Below the pieces are notes generated by a model, which was not told the origin of the DNA, did not search any database, and was given only the letters and a program-made list of their open reading frames with translations. A stretch of DNA of 50,364 nucleotides, from positions 1-50,364 of the forward strand of contig JAAZXP010000004.1 in NCBI GenBank assembly GCA_014240055.1. Reading direction: 5' to 3'. The position numbers and the translations under genes were made by a program. Of this stretch, positions 42,830 to 50,364 are shown piece after piece. Numbering within the stretch: position 1 is the first letter of the stretch; each line of letters starts with the position of its first letter. The DNA is from Methanobacteriota archaeon. Lineage in GTDB: Archaea > Thermoplasmatota > Poseidoniia > MGIII > CG-Epi1.

Positions 42830-43921
42830 ATGGATGAAGAGTCTTTACAGGAAATGCTTGCCGATGAAGGCACTTTCAAAGGAGAGACAGATGAGAGTGA
42901 ATTAGAGGCTCTAGTATCTAAATTAAAGACGAATATTTTGATAATAGGTAGTGGAGGTGCGGGCAATAATACACTGACTAGACTATACAAAGAAGGTATG
43001 AACTCCATAGAGCTTTTAGCTTTGAATACAGATGCACAACACCTACTCAACACTCCAATTCCTCATAGAATGTTAATTGGTAAGCAATTGACAAAAGGTT
43101 TAGGTGCAGGTTCAGAACCAGGAACTGGAGAAGGAGCGGCAGAAGAAGCCAGAGTTGAATTATTAGAAGCTTGTCAAGATGCAGACATTATTTTTCTTAC
43201 AGGGGGACTGGGCGGTGGAACTGGCACAGGTTCCTTACCAGTCATTGCCCGTTTAGCTAAGGAAAAGGGAGCACTTACTATAGCTATAGTTACTCTTCCT
43301 TTCAGTAATGAGGGCGCTCGTCGAACAAGAAATGCGCGTTTGGGGCTTGAGAAATTACGCAAATCAGCAGATACTGTGATTGTCATACCAAATGATAAAT
43401 TGTTACAAGATGATATAATGAATTTACCACTTAATTTAGCATTTAGACATGCAGATGAAATATTAGGTAATGCAATAAAGTGCATGACTGAAATTACTTC
43501 TCATGGTGGATTAGTTAACATAGATTTTGCAGATATGCGTTCTATAATGGATGGTGGTGGTGTTGCCATGATCGGAATGGGGGAAGGGCAAGGAGCCAAT
43601 AGAGCATCAGATGCAGTTATTGCAGCCTTAACTTCACCATTATTAGAGTTAGATATTGCCGAATCAAAAGGCGCATTAGTGAATGTCACAGGTGGAGATG
43701 ATATGACCCTGCAAGAAGCTCATGAGGTTGTTAAGGAAGTTCATAGTAAGATTAATAAAGATGCTCGAATCATTTGGGGAGCTTCAGTAGATTCTACCCT
43801 CGAACATCAGATACGAGTTATGCTCGTAGTCACTGGTGTAAAATCTTCTCAAATATTGGGACCATCGTCGGGAGTAGATGACGAAATGCAAAACAGATAC
43901 GGTATAGAATTCGTACACTAA
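42830..43921 (+). CDS. ftsZ: Cell division GTPase FtsZ
   Basis: GSGGAGNN, tubulin signature GGLGGGTGTGSLPVIA, NIDFADMRS. Confidence 0.95.
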   Translation: MDEESLQEMLADEGTFKGETDESELEALVSKLKTNILIIGSGGAGNNTLTRLYKEGMNSIELLALNTDAQHLLNTPIPHRMLIGKQLTKGLGAGSEPGTGEGAAEEARVELLEACQDADIIFLTGGLGGGTGTGSLPVIARLAKEKGALTIAIVTLPFSNEGARRTRNARLGLEKLRKSADTVIVIPNDKLLQDDIMNLPLNLAFRHADEILGNAIKCMTEITSHGGLVNIDFADMRSIMDGGGVAMIGMGEGQGANRASDAVIAALTSPLLELDIAESKGALVNVTGGDDMTLQEAHEVVKEVHSKINKDARIIWGASVDSTLEHQIRVMLVVTGVKSSQILGPSSGVDDEMQNRYGIEFVH

Positions 43922-43925
43922 TACA

Positions 43926-44165
43926 ATGAGTTTCATCGACAACGTATGGCAAATGCAACACAAGCTTGAAGAACGCTTCAAGAGAATAGGTAGAGGTCAA
44001 TATGGCCGTGTTTTACGTCTTGCACGTAAACCAACTTCAGATGAATTTGTAAAAAGTTCTTGGGTTGTTGGTATTGGGATAGGTATTGTCGGTGCAATTG
44101 GATTTATTGTATACTATATTTGGCTAAAAGCCCCACCTATTATAGCAGATTTATTTGGAATTTAG
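43926..44165 (+). CDS. secE: Preprotein translocase subunit SecE (Sec61-gamma)
   Basis: YGRVLRLARKPTSDEFVKSS followed by a single C-terminal TM. Occupies the conserved position before spt5. Confidence 0.8.
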   Translation: MSFIDNVWQMQHKLEERFKRIGRGQYGRVLRLARKPTSDEFVKSSWVVGIGIGIVGAIGFIVYYIWLKAPPIIADLFGI

Positions 44166-44171
44166 ATATTT

Positions 44172-44729
44172 ATGGCAAAATTCATTGAAGAAGAAGAAGA
44201 AGCCCCAGCCGAATCCGTTGAAGGCCCATCATCAGATACTCAGATTTATACGATGAAGTCTCAAATTGGACATGAACGAACAGCAAGTGAAAGACTTGCA
44301 GATAGAGCAAGAAGGAGTTCAGCTCCAATATATGCAATTCTTGCACCTTCTAAATTAAGAGGATACATATTTGTCGAAACAGATAGTCCTGAGGCACTTA
44401 GAGATAATTTGAAAGGTTTGACTCATGCTAGAGGTATGGTAATGAACAAAGGTAAGGGCTATGGCAGATCCAAAGAACCCGATACTTTTGGAACTACTAC
44501 TCTTGAAGAATTAACACCTCATTTGACGCCACCTCCTGCCGTTTCAGGAATAGAAGAGGGCAATATTGTTGAAGTAATTGCAGGTCCATTTAAGGGTGAA
44601 AAAGCAAGAGTCCAACGTATTGATCAGTCTAAAGAAGAAGTTACAGTTGAATTATTCGAAGCCATGGTCCCAATTCCAATAACGGTTAGAGGAGATCATG
44701 TTCGAGTTTTAGAAAAGGAAGTTAATTAA
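44172..44729 (+). CDS. spt5: Transcription elongation factor Spt5 (NusG)
   Basis: NGN domain IYTMKSQIGHERTASERL ... GYIFVE. KOW motif GNIVEVIAGPFKGEKARV. Confidence 0.85.
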   Translation: MAKFIEEEEEAPAESVEGPSSDTQIYTMKSQIGHERTASERLADRARRSSAPIYAILAPSKLRGYIFVETDSPEALRDNLKGLTHARGMVMNKGKGYGRSKEPDTFGTTTLEELTPHLTPPPAVSGIEEGNIVEVIAGPFKGEKARVQRIDQSKEEVTVELFEAMVPIPITVRGDHVRVLEKEVN

Positions 44730-45199
44730 TGGGAGAAACAGTAGAAGCATTAGTTGACGCAGGTAAAGCCTCTGCAGGACCTCCACTGGGTCCCGCACTA
44801 GGGCCATCTGGCGTTAATGTTAAGCAAGTAATCGAAGAAATCAATTCTTTGACAAAAGAGATGGAAGGTATGCAAGTACCTGTAAAAGTTAAAGTTGGAG
44901 ATGATAAAAGCTTTTCAATTACAGTAGGAACGCCTCCCGCTTCGTCTTTAATAAAACAAGTATTAGGTATCAAAAAAGGTTCAGGAGAAGCCGGTACTGT
45001 AGTTGCAGCAGAATTGCCATTAGAAAAAGCAATTAAAGTTGCTAAGCAGAAGGGCCCTGGATTAACAGGTGGAGATATCAAGGCCATGACTTCAGAAATA
45101 TTAGGTGTTGCAAAGTCTATGGGGTTAAGCTGTGAAAATAAAGACCCTAAAGAGATTCAAGCATCAATTAAGTCTGGCGACTTAGATGATAGATTTTAA
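44729..45199 (+). CDS. rpl11: 50S ribosomal protein L11 (uL11)
   Basis: GKASAGPPLGPALGPSGVNV ... ITVGTPPAS. 1-nt overlap with the spt5 stop. Confidence 0.95.
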   Translation: MGETVEALVDAGKASAGPPLGPALGPSGVNVKQVIEEINSLTKEMEGMQVPVKVKVGDDKSFSITVGTPPASSLIKQVLGIKKGSGEAGTVVAAELPLEKAIKVAKQKGPGLTGGDIKAMTSEILGVAKSMGLSCENKDPKEIQASIKSGDLDDRF

Positions 45200-45658
45200 T
45201 TAAATAAAATTTATACTATCTTCTTCCATTTTGCGCCCACAATAAGTACATTTAATTTGAAGATTTTCTTTACTTAAGAGTTTGAAATTAGTAGAGACTC
45301 CTCTTTCGTTATTACATATACAGTTTTCATTTGGACATTGTACTATTTCAGAAATAAATGGAGGTATTTCGATTGTTTTTTTCCCAGCTACTGCATAATT
45401 TCTAATAATATTAACAATTGCATTAGGAGATAATAACGCTAGTTTTTCAATTTCGATTTCATTCAATTCCCTGTCTTCTACCTTTATTATATCTTTACGT
45501 TTTTGATGTTTACTTTGAACGTTAATCAATAAACTAATAGTAGTATCACTTCCACTCAGATTGAGGATATCTAGGACTTTTCTTCCACAGCCTGGTTTAA
45601 TATGATCAATTACAGTCCCATTTCTTATAGGCTGTACACGTAGTAAATTATCACTCAT
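45200..45658 (-). CDS. pyrI: Aspartate carbamoyltransferase regulatory subunit
   Basis: VQPIRNGTVIDHI plus a C-terminal four-Cys zinc domain (CPNENCIC ... CTYCGR). Confidence 0.9.
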   Translation of the reverse strand: MSDNLLRVQPIRNGTVIDHIKPGCGRKVLDILNLSGSDTTISLLINVQSKHQKRKDIIKVEDRELNEIEIEKLALLSPNAIVNIIRNYAVAGKKTIEIPPFISEIVQCPNENCICNNERGVSTNFKLLSKENLQIKCTYCGRKMEEDSINFI

Positions 45659-46563
45659 TTTTTACCTCTAATTAATTGTTCTAGCAATGCCATTCTTACA
45701 GGTACTCCGTTGAAAGCCTGTCTAAAATAAGCTGCATGTTTTGTGTTGTCAATATCGGTTGATATTTCATCAACTCTAGGAAGAGGGTGTAAAATTCTCA
45801 TTTTGGGTTTTGCATTATTCAATAATTCGGAGTTAATTCTGTAAGCTCCTGCAACTCGCTTATAATCTTCAACATCAGGAAATCTTTCTTTTTGTATCCT
45901 AGTGACATAAAGGACATCCAATTCGCTCAAGATATTTTCTAAGTTTTGGTGAGTAGACCATTCGCCAGTTAACTCATCCGTCACATATTCCGGCATTGCT
46001 AAACTTTCTGGAGAGATAAAGTACAATTTTGTATTAAAACGATCAAGTGCTTGTGATAAAGAATGAACAGTCCGCCCATATCTTAAGTCTCCTAACATTC
46101 CAACTTTTAAATTTTCCAGTTTACCAATTTCCTCTTTGATTGTAAATAAGTCCAGAAGTGTTTGTGTGGGGTGTTGCCCTGCACCATCACCTCCATTAAT
46201 GATAGGTACTTCCGAAACTTCTGATGCTAATTTTGCTGCACCTTCTCTTGGATGTCTAAGAACAACTGCATCAGAGTATCCAGCAACCATTCGTATTGCA
46301 TCTGATAATGTTTCACCCTTTAGGTGAGATGTAGCTGAAGGGTCGGCAAATCCAATACAACTTCCACCAAGACGTTGCATTGCACTTTCAAAAGATAATC
46401 GTGTTCTAGTAGATGCTTCGAAAAAGCACGTTGAAAGAATTTTTCCCTTTAATATATCTGACTTTTTTTCCCCTTTTGCGATAGGTAGTAATTCACTTGC
46501 ACGTTTCAGGAGGCCCATGATGCGTTTGTTATCTAAATCTTCAATTGACACTACGTGCTTCAT
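45655..46563 (-). CDS. pyrB: Aspartate carbamoyltransferase catalytic subunit
   Basis: FFEASTRTRLSFE, HPTQTLLD, HPLPRV. Confidence 0.95.
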   Translation of the reverse strand: MKHVVSIEDLDNKRIMGLLKRASELLPIAKGEKKSDILKGKILSTCFFEASTRTRLSFESAMQRLGGSCIGFADPSATSHLKGETLSDAIRMVAGYSDAVVLRHPREGAAKLASEVSEVPIINGGDGAGQHPTQTLLDLFTIKEEIGKLENLKVGMLGDLRYGRTVHSLSQALDRFNTKLYFISPESLAMPEYVTDELTGEWSTHQNLENILSELDVLYVTRIQKERFPDVEDYKRVAGAYRINSELLNNAKPKMRILHPLPRVDEISTDIDNTKHAAYFRQAFNGVPVRMALLEQLIRGKK

Positions 46564-46667
46564 GAGATGTCAACGAAGGGGGTTTTTTAAATGGTTTAAT
46601 GAGTTAGTCACTTGAGCGTTATTAGTTTAAACTAAGTCTTTCTAATAATAATTGTGAGGAGATATTT

Positions 46668-47150
46668 TTGAAAAATCTAAAAAGTGTTGATGAAATAGTG
46701 GATTTTTATTTTTCTCATGCTAGTCCTTTACGCAGTAAAATTTATCTAATATTAGGTTATCTTTTTGTTTTTTTTGCAATCATAGGTGTTTGGGTTCCTG
46801 GGTGGCCTACAGTTTCTTGGGCAGTTCCAGCAGCTTTCTTATTTTCTCTTTCAAATGAAAAATTATTTCGGTGGAGTCTTACAAATGACTATTTTGGCTC
46901 TGCATTATTTAGATATTATTCAACAGGTAAAACACTTCCATATCATGTAAAGGTGCTCATAGCGTTTTTTATTTTTGGAATGTCTAGTCTGTCATCTTAT
47001 TTTGTGTGGTTTGTCTCAACTAAAGGGGATGGTGATATGTTAGTAGTTTCTTCATGGAATGGGGCTGATCCTGGTTTTGGATTTATTACAATACTACTAG
47101 TTGGTTTAATCGGTGTTTGGTATATTTTATTCCAAGTAAAGTCGAGATAA
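46668..47150 (+). CDS. DUF454/YbaN-family inner membrane protein
   Basis: IGVWVPGWPTVSWAVPAAFLFSLSNEKLFRW resembles the YbaN N-terminal motif. TTG start as in the track. Confidence 0.55.
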   Translation: MKNLKSVDEIVDFYFSHASPLRSKIYLILGYLFVFFAIIGVWVPGWPTVSWAVPAAFLFSLSNEKLFRWSLTNDYFGSALFRYYSTGKTLPYHVKVLIAFFIFGMSSLSSYFVWFVSTKGDGDMLVVSSWNGADPGFGFITILLVGLIGVWYILFQVKSR

Positions 47151-47192
47151 TGTTTCTGTTAATTGTATAAACTATCACTTATTTAGATAATT

Positions 47193-47813
47193 GTGACTAA
47201 AACTAACCGTACTCATAGGCATGGAATTTATAAATTATATGCGCCAATATATGATAGATTTATGGCGCCTTCTTTTGCAGATGGCCATTCAAAAATGTAT
47301 AAACCCCTTAATCTTAAGTCGGGAGATCATATACTCGAAGTTGGGGTTGGAACTGGTATTTCTCTAAGAAATATTCCAGATTTTGTTAAGGTAGATGCTA
47401 TAGATTACAGTGAACCGATGCTGGTGAAGGCACGTAAAAGACAAGAAAAAGGAGATTTTGCTGCTAAAATAAATTTTCAGCAAATGGATGCGCATGTTTT
47501 AGAATTTAAAGATGATAATTTTGATCATTCTGTTGTTGCACACACGTTAGCAGTTGTAGCCGATCCTGAAGTAGTTCTAAGAGAGATTATACGAGTTACA
47601 AAGTCTTCAGGCTTGATAGTTATAGTTAATCATTATAAAGATAAGAAGGGGATTATAGGTACAATATGGAATCCTTTTAGAAAACGATTAGGGCTTGGAA
47701 AACATGTGGACTTCAAGCAGATAATTGATAACTGTGGGCTAGAATTATTGAGCGAAGAACGGGTAAATAAATTCACTACTCATTCTAGAATGTTAGTTTG
47801 TAAAGTGCCTTGA
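47193..47813 (+). CDS. Class I SAM-dependent methyltransferase
   Basis: Motif I ILEVGVGTGISL. Acidic loop DAIDYSEPM. Post-I and motif II spacing typical of Methyltransf_11. GTG start. Confidence 0.75.
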   Translation: MTKTNRTHRHGIYKLYAPIYDRFMAPSFADGHSKMYKPLNLKSGDHILEVGVGTGISLRNIPDFVKVDAIDYSEPMLVKARKRQEKGDFAAKINFQQMDAHVLEFKDDNFDHSVVAHTLAVVADPEVVLREIIRVTKSSGLIVIVNHYKDKKGIIGTIWNPFRKRLGLGKHVDFKQIIDNCGLELLSEERVNKFTTHSRMLVCKVP

Positions 47814-47814
47814 A

Positions 47815-48819
47815 TCAGTGTAGTTTTTGTTTAATCCAGCTTAAAGTGTCTCTTAAAGAATCTTTAAATTCCATTGGATTCCAACCTAATACACCTTTAG
47901 CTTTACTAGAATCATAATTGGTTATTTTCCCCATATATTCTTTCACAGTTTCTGGAGAAATGAGCGGTGTATATCCAAAGAGAGCTTTTGTTGCTTGCCA
48001 CCTTGCGAAAATTTTCATTTGCCACATCGGAGCAATTTTCTTAGGTAGTTTTAGTTCAGGTTCGAGTTCTTGGATTATATCCATTAATTCAAATCCATCT
48101 AAACATTTTGTACAAAGAATATGTCTTCCCTCTGCATTATTATTTTCATAAGCTTTCAGATGTCCAAGAGCAACATCTCTTACATCAACATATCCAAAAG
48201 TCTGAGGTGGCAATACACTAAGTTCTTCTTTCAAGAGTTTATCAAAAAGTATAGTACTGGGAGTATGTCTATGGAAATAAGGGCCTATTACTGCCGTTGG
48301 ATTCATTACTACTAAAATCATGTCATTTTCTTTTGCATATTCCCAAGCCCTTCTCTCTGCTTCAGTTTTTGCATATGAATAAGGATGTTTTGATTCGGAA
48401 TTCCAATCACTTTCATTCAAAGCTTTTCCATTTGGTCCGCTTCTACCGATGGCTGCAGTACTTGACGTGAAAATAACTTTCTTGATTCCTGCCTTATTGG
48501 CTGCTTTAAGAGCATTAATTCCTCCTATGATTGAAGGATTTATAATTTCTTTTTCAGGATTCTTAGCCCAACTTTGGTATACTGCAGCAACTTGGAAAAG
48601 ACCATCCATATTTTGCATGGCTGATTCAATAGTTTCAGGTTTCATTAGATCCATTTCAACTAATTCTATGTTTAGTGAACCAAGATGGGAAACAAGTTTC
48701 GGATTGTTTTTATCTCTTACAGATGCTCTAACGTTATATCCTTTTTCAACTAACATTTTAGTTAGAGTATATCCTACATGCCCGTTAGCACCAGTAACTA
48801 GTACATTATTCCCACTCAT
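47815..48819 (-). CDS. NAD(P)-dependent epimerase/dehydratase-family SDR (dihydroflavonol/cinnamoyl-CoA reductase-like)
   Basis: VLVTGANGHVGYTL Rossmann motif. YSYAKTEAE (YxxxK) catalytic motif. Confidence 0.8.
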   Translation of the reverse strand: MSGNNVLVTGANGHVGYTLTKMLVEKGYNVRASVRDKNNPKLVSHLGSLNIELVEMDLMKPETIESAMQNMDGLFQVAAVYQSWAKNPEKEIINPSIIGGINALKAANKAGIKKVIFTSSTAAIGRSGPNGKALNESDWNSESKHPYSYAKTEAERRAWEYAKENDMILVVMNPTAVIGPYFHRHTPSTILFDKLLKEELSVLPPQTFGYVDVRDVALGHLKAYENNNAEGRHILCTKCLDGFELMDIIQELEPELKLPKKIAPMWQMKIFARWQATKALFGYTPLISPETVKEYMGKITNYDSSKAKGVLGWNPMEFKDSLRDTLSWIKQKLH

Positions 48820-49359
48820 TTATTTGAATAAGTACTTTCGATAAAATTTCAGTTCTTCAATAGACTCAATTATATCGCCAAGTGCTCGATGGTTTTCTTT
48901 TTTTGGAGGCACAATTGCATTGATTTCGGGATTCCATCTTTTTACGAGTTCTTTAATTGATGAAACATCGACGACACGATAGTGCAATCTTTGTTCAAGA
49001 ATATTCATTTGAGCATCTAAAAATCGTCTATCAGTCCCTATAGAATTTCCACAGAGAGGCGGTTTGTATTTTGTACCTAAATGTTTTTCTATAAATTCTA
49101 AAGTTTGTTTTTCAGCTTCTTCTATACTAATTTTACTATTTCTTACTTCTTCAATTAGTCCTGAACTACGGTGCATTTCATGGACAAAATCATTCATTCT
49201 TTCCAGAATTTTGTCTTGGGCATGTATTACTAAATCAGGTCCTTCTGCAATTATATTCAGTTCTGAGTCTGTAATAATAGAGGCAATTTCAATGATGCGG
49301 TGTCTTTTTGGATCTAATCCAGTCATTTCTAAATCCAACCACACTAATTCTTGTGCCAT
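48820..49359 (-). CDS. orn: Oligoribonuclease (DEDDh 3'-5' exonuclease)
   Basis: LVWLDLEMTGLDPKRHRIIEIASIITD, CGNSIGTDRRFL, HYRVVDVSSIKEL, HRALGDIIESIEELKFYR. Confidence 0.9.
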   Translation of the reverse strand: MAQELVWLDLEMTGLDPKRHRIIEIASIITDSELNIIAEGPDLVIHAQDKILERMNDFVHEMHRSSGLIEEVRNSKISIEEAEKQTLEFIEKHLGTKYKPPLCGNSIGTDRRFLDAQMNILEQRLHYRVVDVSSIKELVKRWNPEINAIVPPKKENHRALGDIIESIEELKFYRKYLFK

Positions 49360-49432
49360 AATATCAGATTAAGAGCCTTCTAAATAGAATTTATAGCGAT
49401 AAATACCTATAGACCTTTCTAAATGGTAAAAC

Positions 49433-50364
49433 GTGGCATTTTTTAACCCTGCAAAGTTTACCGAAGAGGCACTTACTAGTCTTAAGTCTCAGTTAAATTC
49501 TAAGGCGATAATTGCAGCGTCTGGCGGAGTCGATTCCTCCGTTGCTGCAGCTCTTGCAGCTAGAGCAGTGGGTGATAATTTATTAGCAATTTACGTAGAT
49601 ACTGGATACATGCGCCTTGGTGAATCTGAATTTGTTTCATCAATGTTAAAAGATTTAGGTGTTAAGCACAAGATAATAGATGCATCTAAACGTTTCTATG
49701 AAGGTTTGAAGGGTATTACAGATCCTGAGCAAAAACGGAAAATAATTGGTGAACTCTTTATCCGAGTTTTCGAAGAAGAAGCAAAAGAGTATGGAGGTAA
49801 ATTTCTAGTTCAAGGAACTATTGCTCCAGACTGGATTGAATCTGGTGGTGGATTACGCGATACAATCAAATCTCACCATAATGTGGGCGGTTTACCAGAT
49901 GATATGGAAATGGAACTTTGTGAGCCTATCAGAGAGCTCTACAAAGATGAAGTTAGAAGTTTAGCAGAATATTTAGAAATTTCAGTATCTCAGAGACAGC
50001 CTTTCCCTGGGCCAGGTTTGGCAGTTAGAGTAATGGGTGAAGCGACTCCAGAACGTACTGAAGTGGTCCGTCAAGCATGTCATATCGCTGAAGAAGAAAT
50101 GGAGTCGGCATCAGAGCGAAATGAAATGGAATTGCCTTGGCAATATTTTGCAGTCCTCATTCCAGTAAAAACAGTTGGAGTTCAAGGAGATGTTCGAGCC
50201 TATGGTAACACAATTGCCGTTCGTGCCGTGCACAGTTATGATGCAATGACTGCTCAATCAGTAGATATTCCTTATTCAGTGCTGAAGAAAATATCGGAGA
50301 GAATTACTAGGGAATTAAAGTCGGATGTAAATCGTGTTGTCTATGATATAACTGACAAACCCCC
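49433..50364 (+). CDS. guaA: GMP synthase subunit B (ATP pyrophosphatase domain), last few codons cut by the window end
   Basis: Absent from the ORF track because it runs off the edge. Hand translation from GTG 49433 (in-frame TAA at 49427-49429 upstream): VAFFNPAKFTEEAL...AIIAASGGVDSSVAAALAARAVG (PP-loop SGGVDS) ... SHHNVGGLPDD ... NRVVYDITDKPP at the edge. Confidence 0.9.
   Translation, partial: MAFFNPAKFTEEALTSLKSQLNSKAIIAASGGVDSSVAAALAARAVGDNLLAIYVDTGYMRLGESEFVSSMLKDLGVKHKIIDASKRFYEGLKGITDPEQKRKIIGELFIRVFEEEAKEYGGKFLVQGTIAPDWIESGGGLRDTIKSHHNVGGLPDDMEMELCEPIRELYKDEVRSLAEYLEISVSQRQPFPGPGLAVRVMGEATPERTEVVRQACHIAEEEMESASERNEMELPWQYFAVLIPVKTVGVQGDVRAYGNTIAVRAVHSYDAMTAQSVDIPYSVLKKISERITRELKSDVNRVVYDITDKP

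Noticed and set aside
44722-45087. 121-aa ORF antisense to rpl11, plus similar antisense or alternate-frame ORFs in the track (e.g. 1314-1547, 1771-2004, 3131-3382, 7995-8264, 14707-15096, 23240-23461, 24338-24697, 25560-25967, 32115-32351, 35329-35754, 39593-39880, 41363-41608, 43174-43485, 48449-48844, 49064-49372)
   Set aside because: Each lies wholly within a longer ORF on the other strand or frame that has clear family motifs. Their translations are low-complexity Ser/Leu/Ile-rich shadows typical of AT-rich DNA.
1-50364. Genomic island, prophage or mobile element
   Set aside because: No integrase, transposase, phage structural genes, flanking tRNA or direct repeats were seen. Housekeeping genes are interspersed throughout. 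All intergenic gaps are too short (<130 bp) to hide tRNA-sized or larger RNA genes that I could recognise.

Overview
AT-rich, very gene-dense chromosomal segment with about 50 CDS. Almost every intergenic gap is under 130 bp and many neighbouring genes overlap by 1-14 nt. ORF-track coordinates include the stop codon. The organism is an aerobic archaeon: the window carries Rpo11/RpoL, Spt5, SecE, Trm1, TruD, THEP1 NTPase, stand-alone GMP synthase subunit B and the conserved ftsZ-secE-spt5-rpl11 block. It also has an A-type haem-copper oxidase, PGF-CTERM-like anchors, giant hyper-acidic surface proteins and bacterial-looking genes (MutL, Orn, PhhA). Together these fit a marine planktonic euryarchaeote such as Marine Group II; that assignment is inference and not verified. 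I saw no rRNA, tRNA, CRISPR array, transposase or integrase. Main blocks: (1) iscA / DUF2237 / phenylalanine hydroxylase. (2) An extracytoplasmic thiol-copper module (VKOR, CGHC thioredoxin-like protein, SCO1 with a nested thioredoxin domain) next to ctaA-ctaB-coxB-coxA-coxC-coxD. (3) A surface-protein block with a C-type-lectin protein, an M20 peptidase and a 1383-aa acidic protein ending in a blue-copper domain. (4) An RND/MMPL-type exporter and MutL. (5) An ABC importer with PhnC/PhnE-type ATPase and permease. Its binding protein carries the transferrin iron-ligand signature, and the operon diverges from a DtxR-family repressor across three DtxR-box palindromes. I rate this locus the most interesting in the window. 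(6) A long minus-strand run: 1809-aa surface protein, membrane-inserted Cas4-like nuclease, THEP1, trm1, rpoL, truD, HAD hydrolase and a transglutaminase-like protein. (7) ftsZ-secE-spt5-rpl11, pyrBI, orn and guaA. All product calls rest on motifs read by eye. No database search was run.
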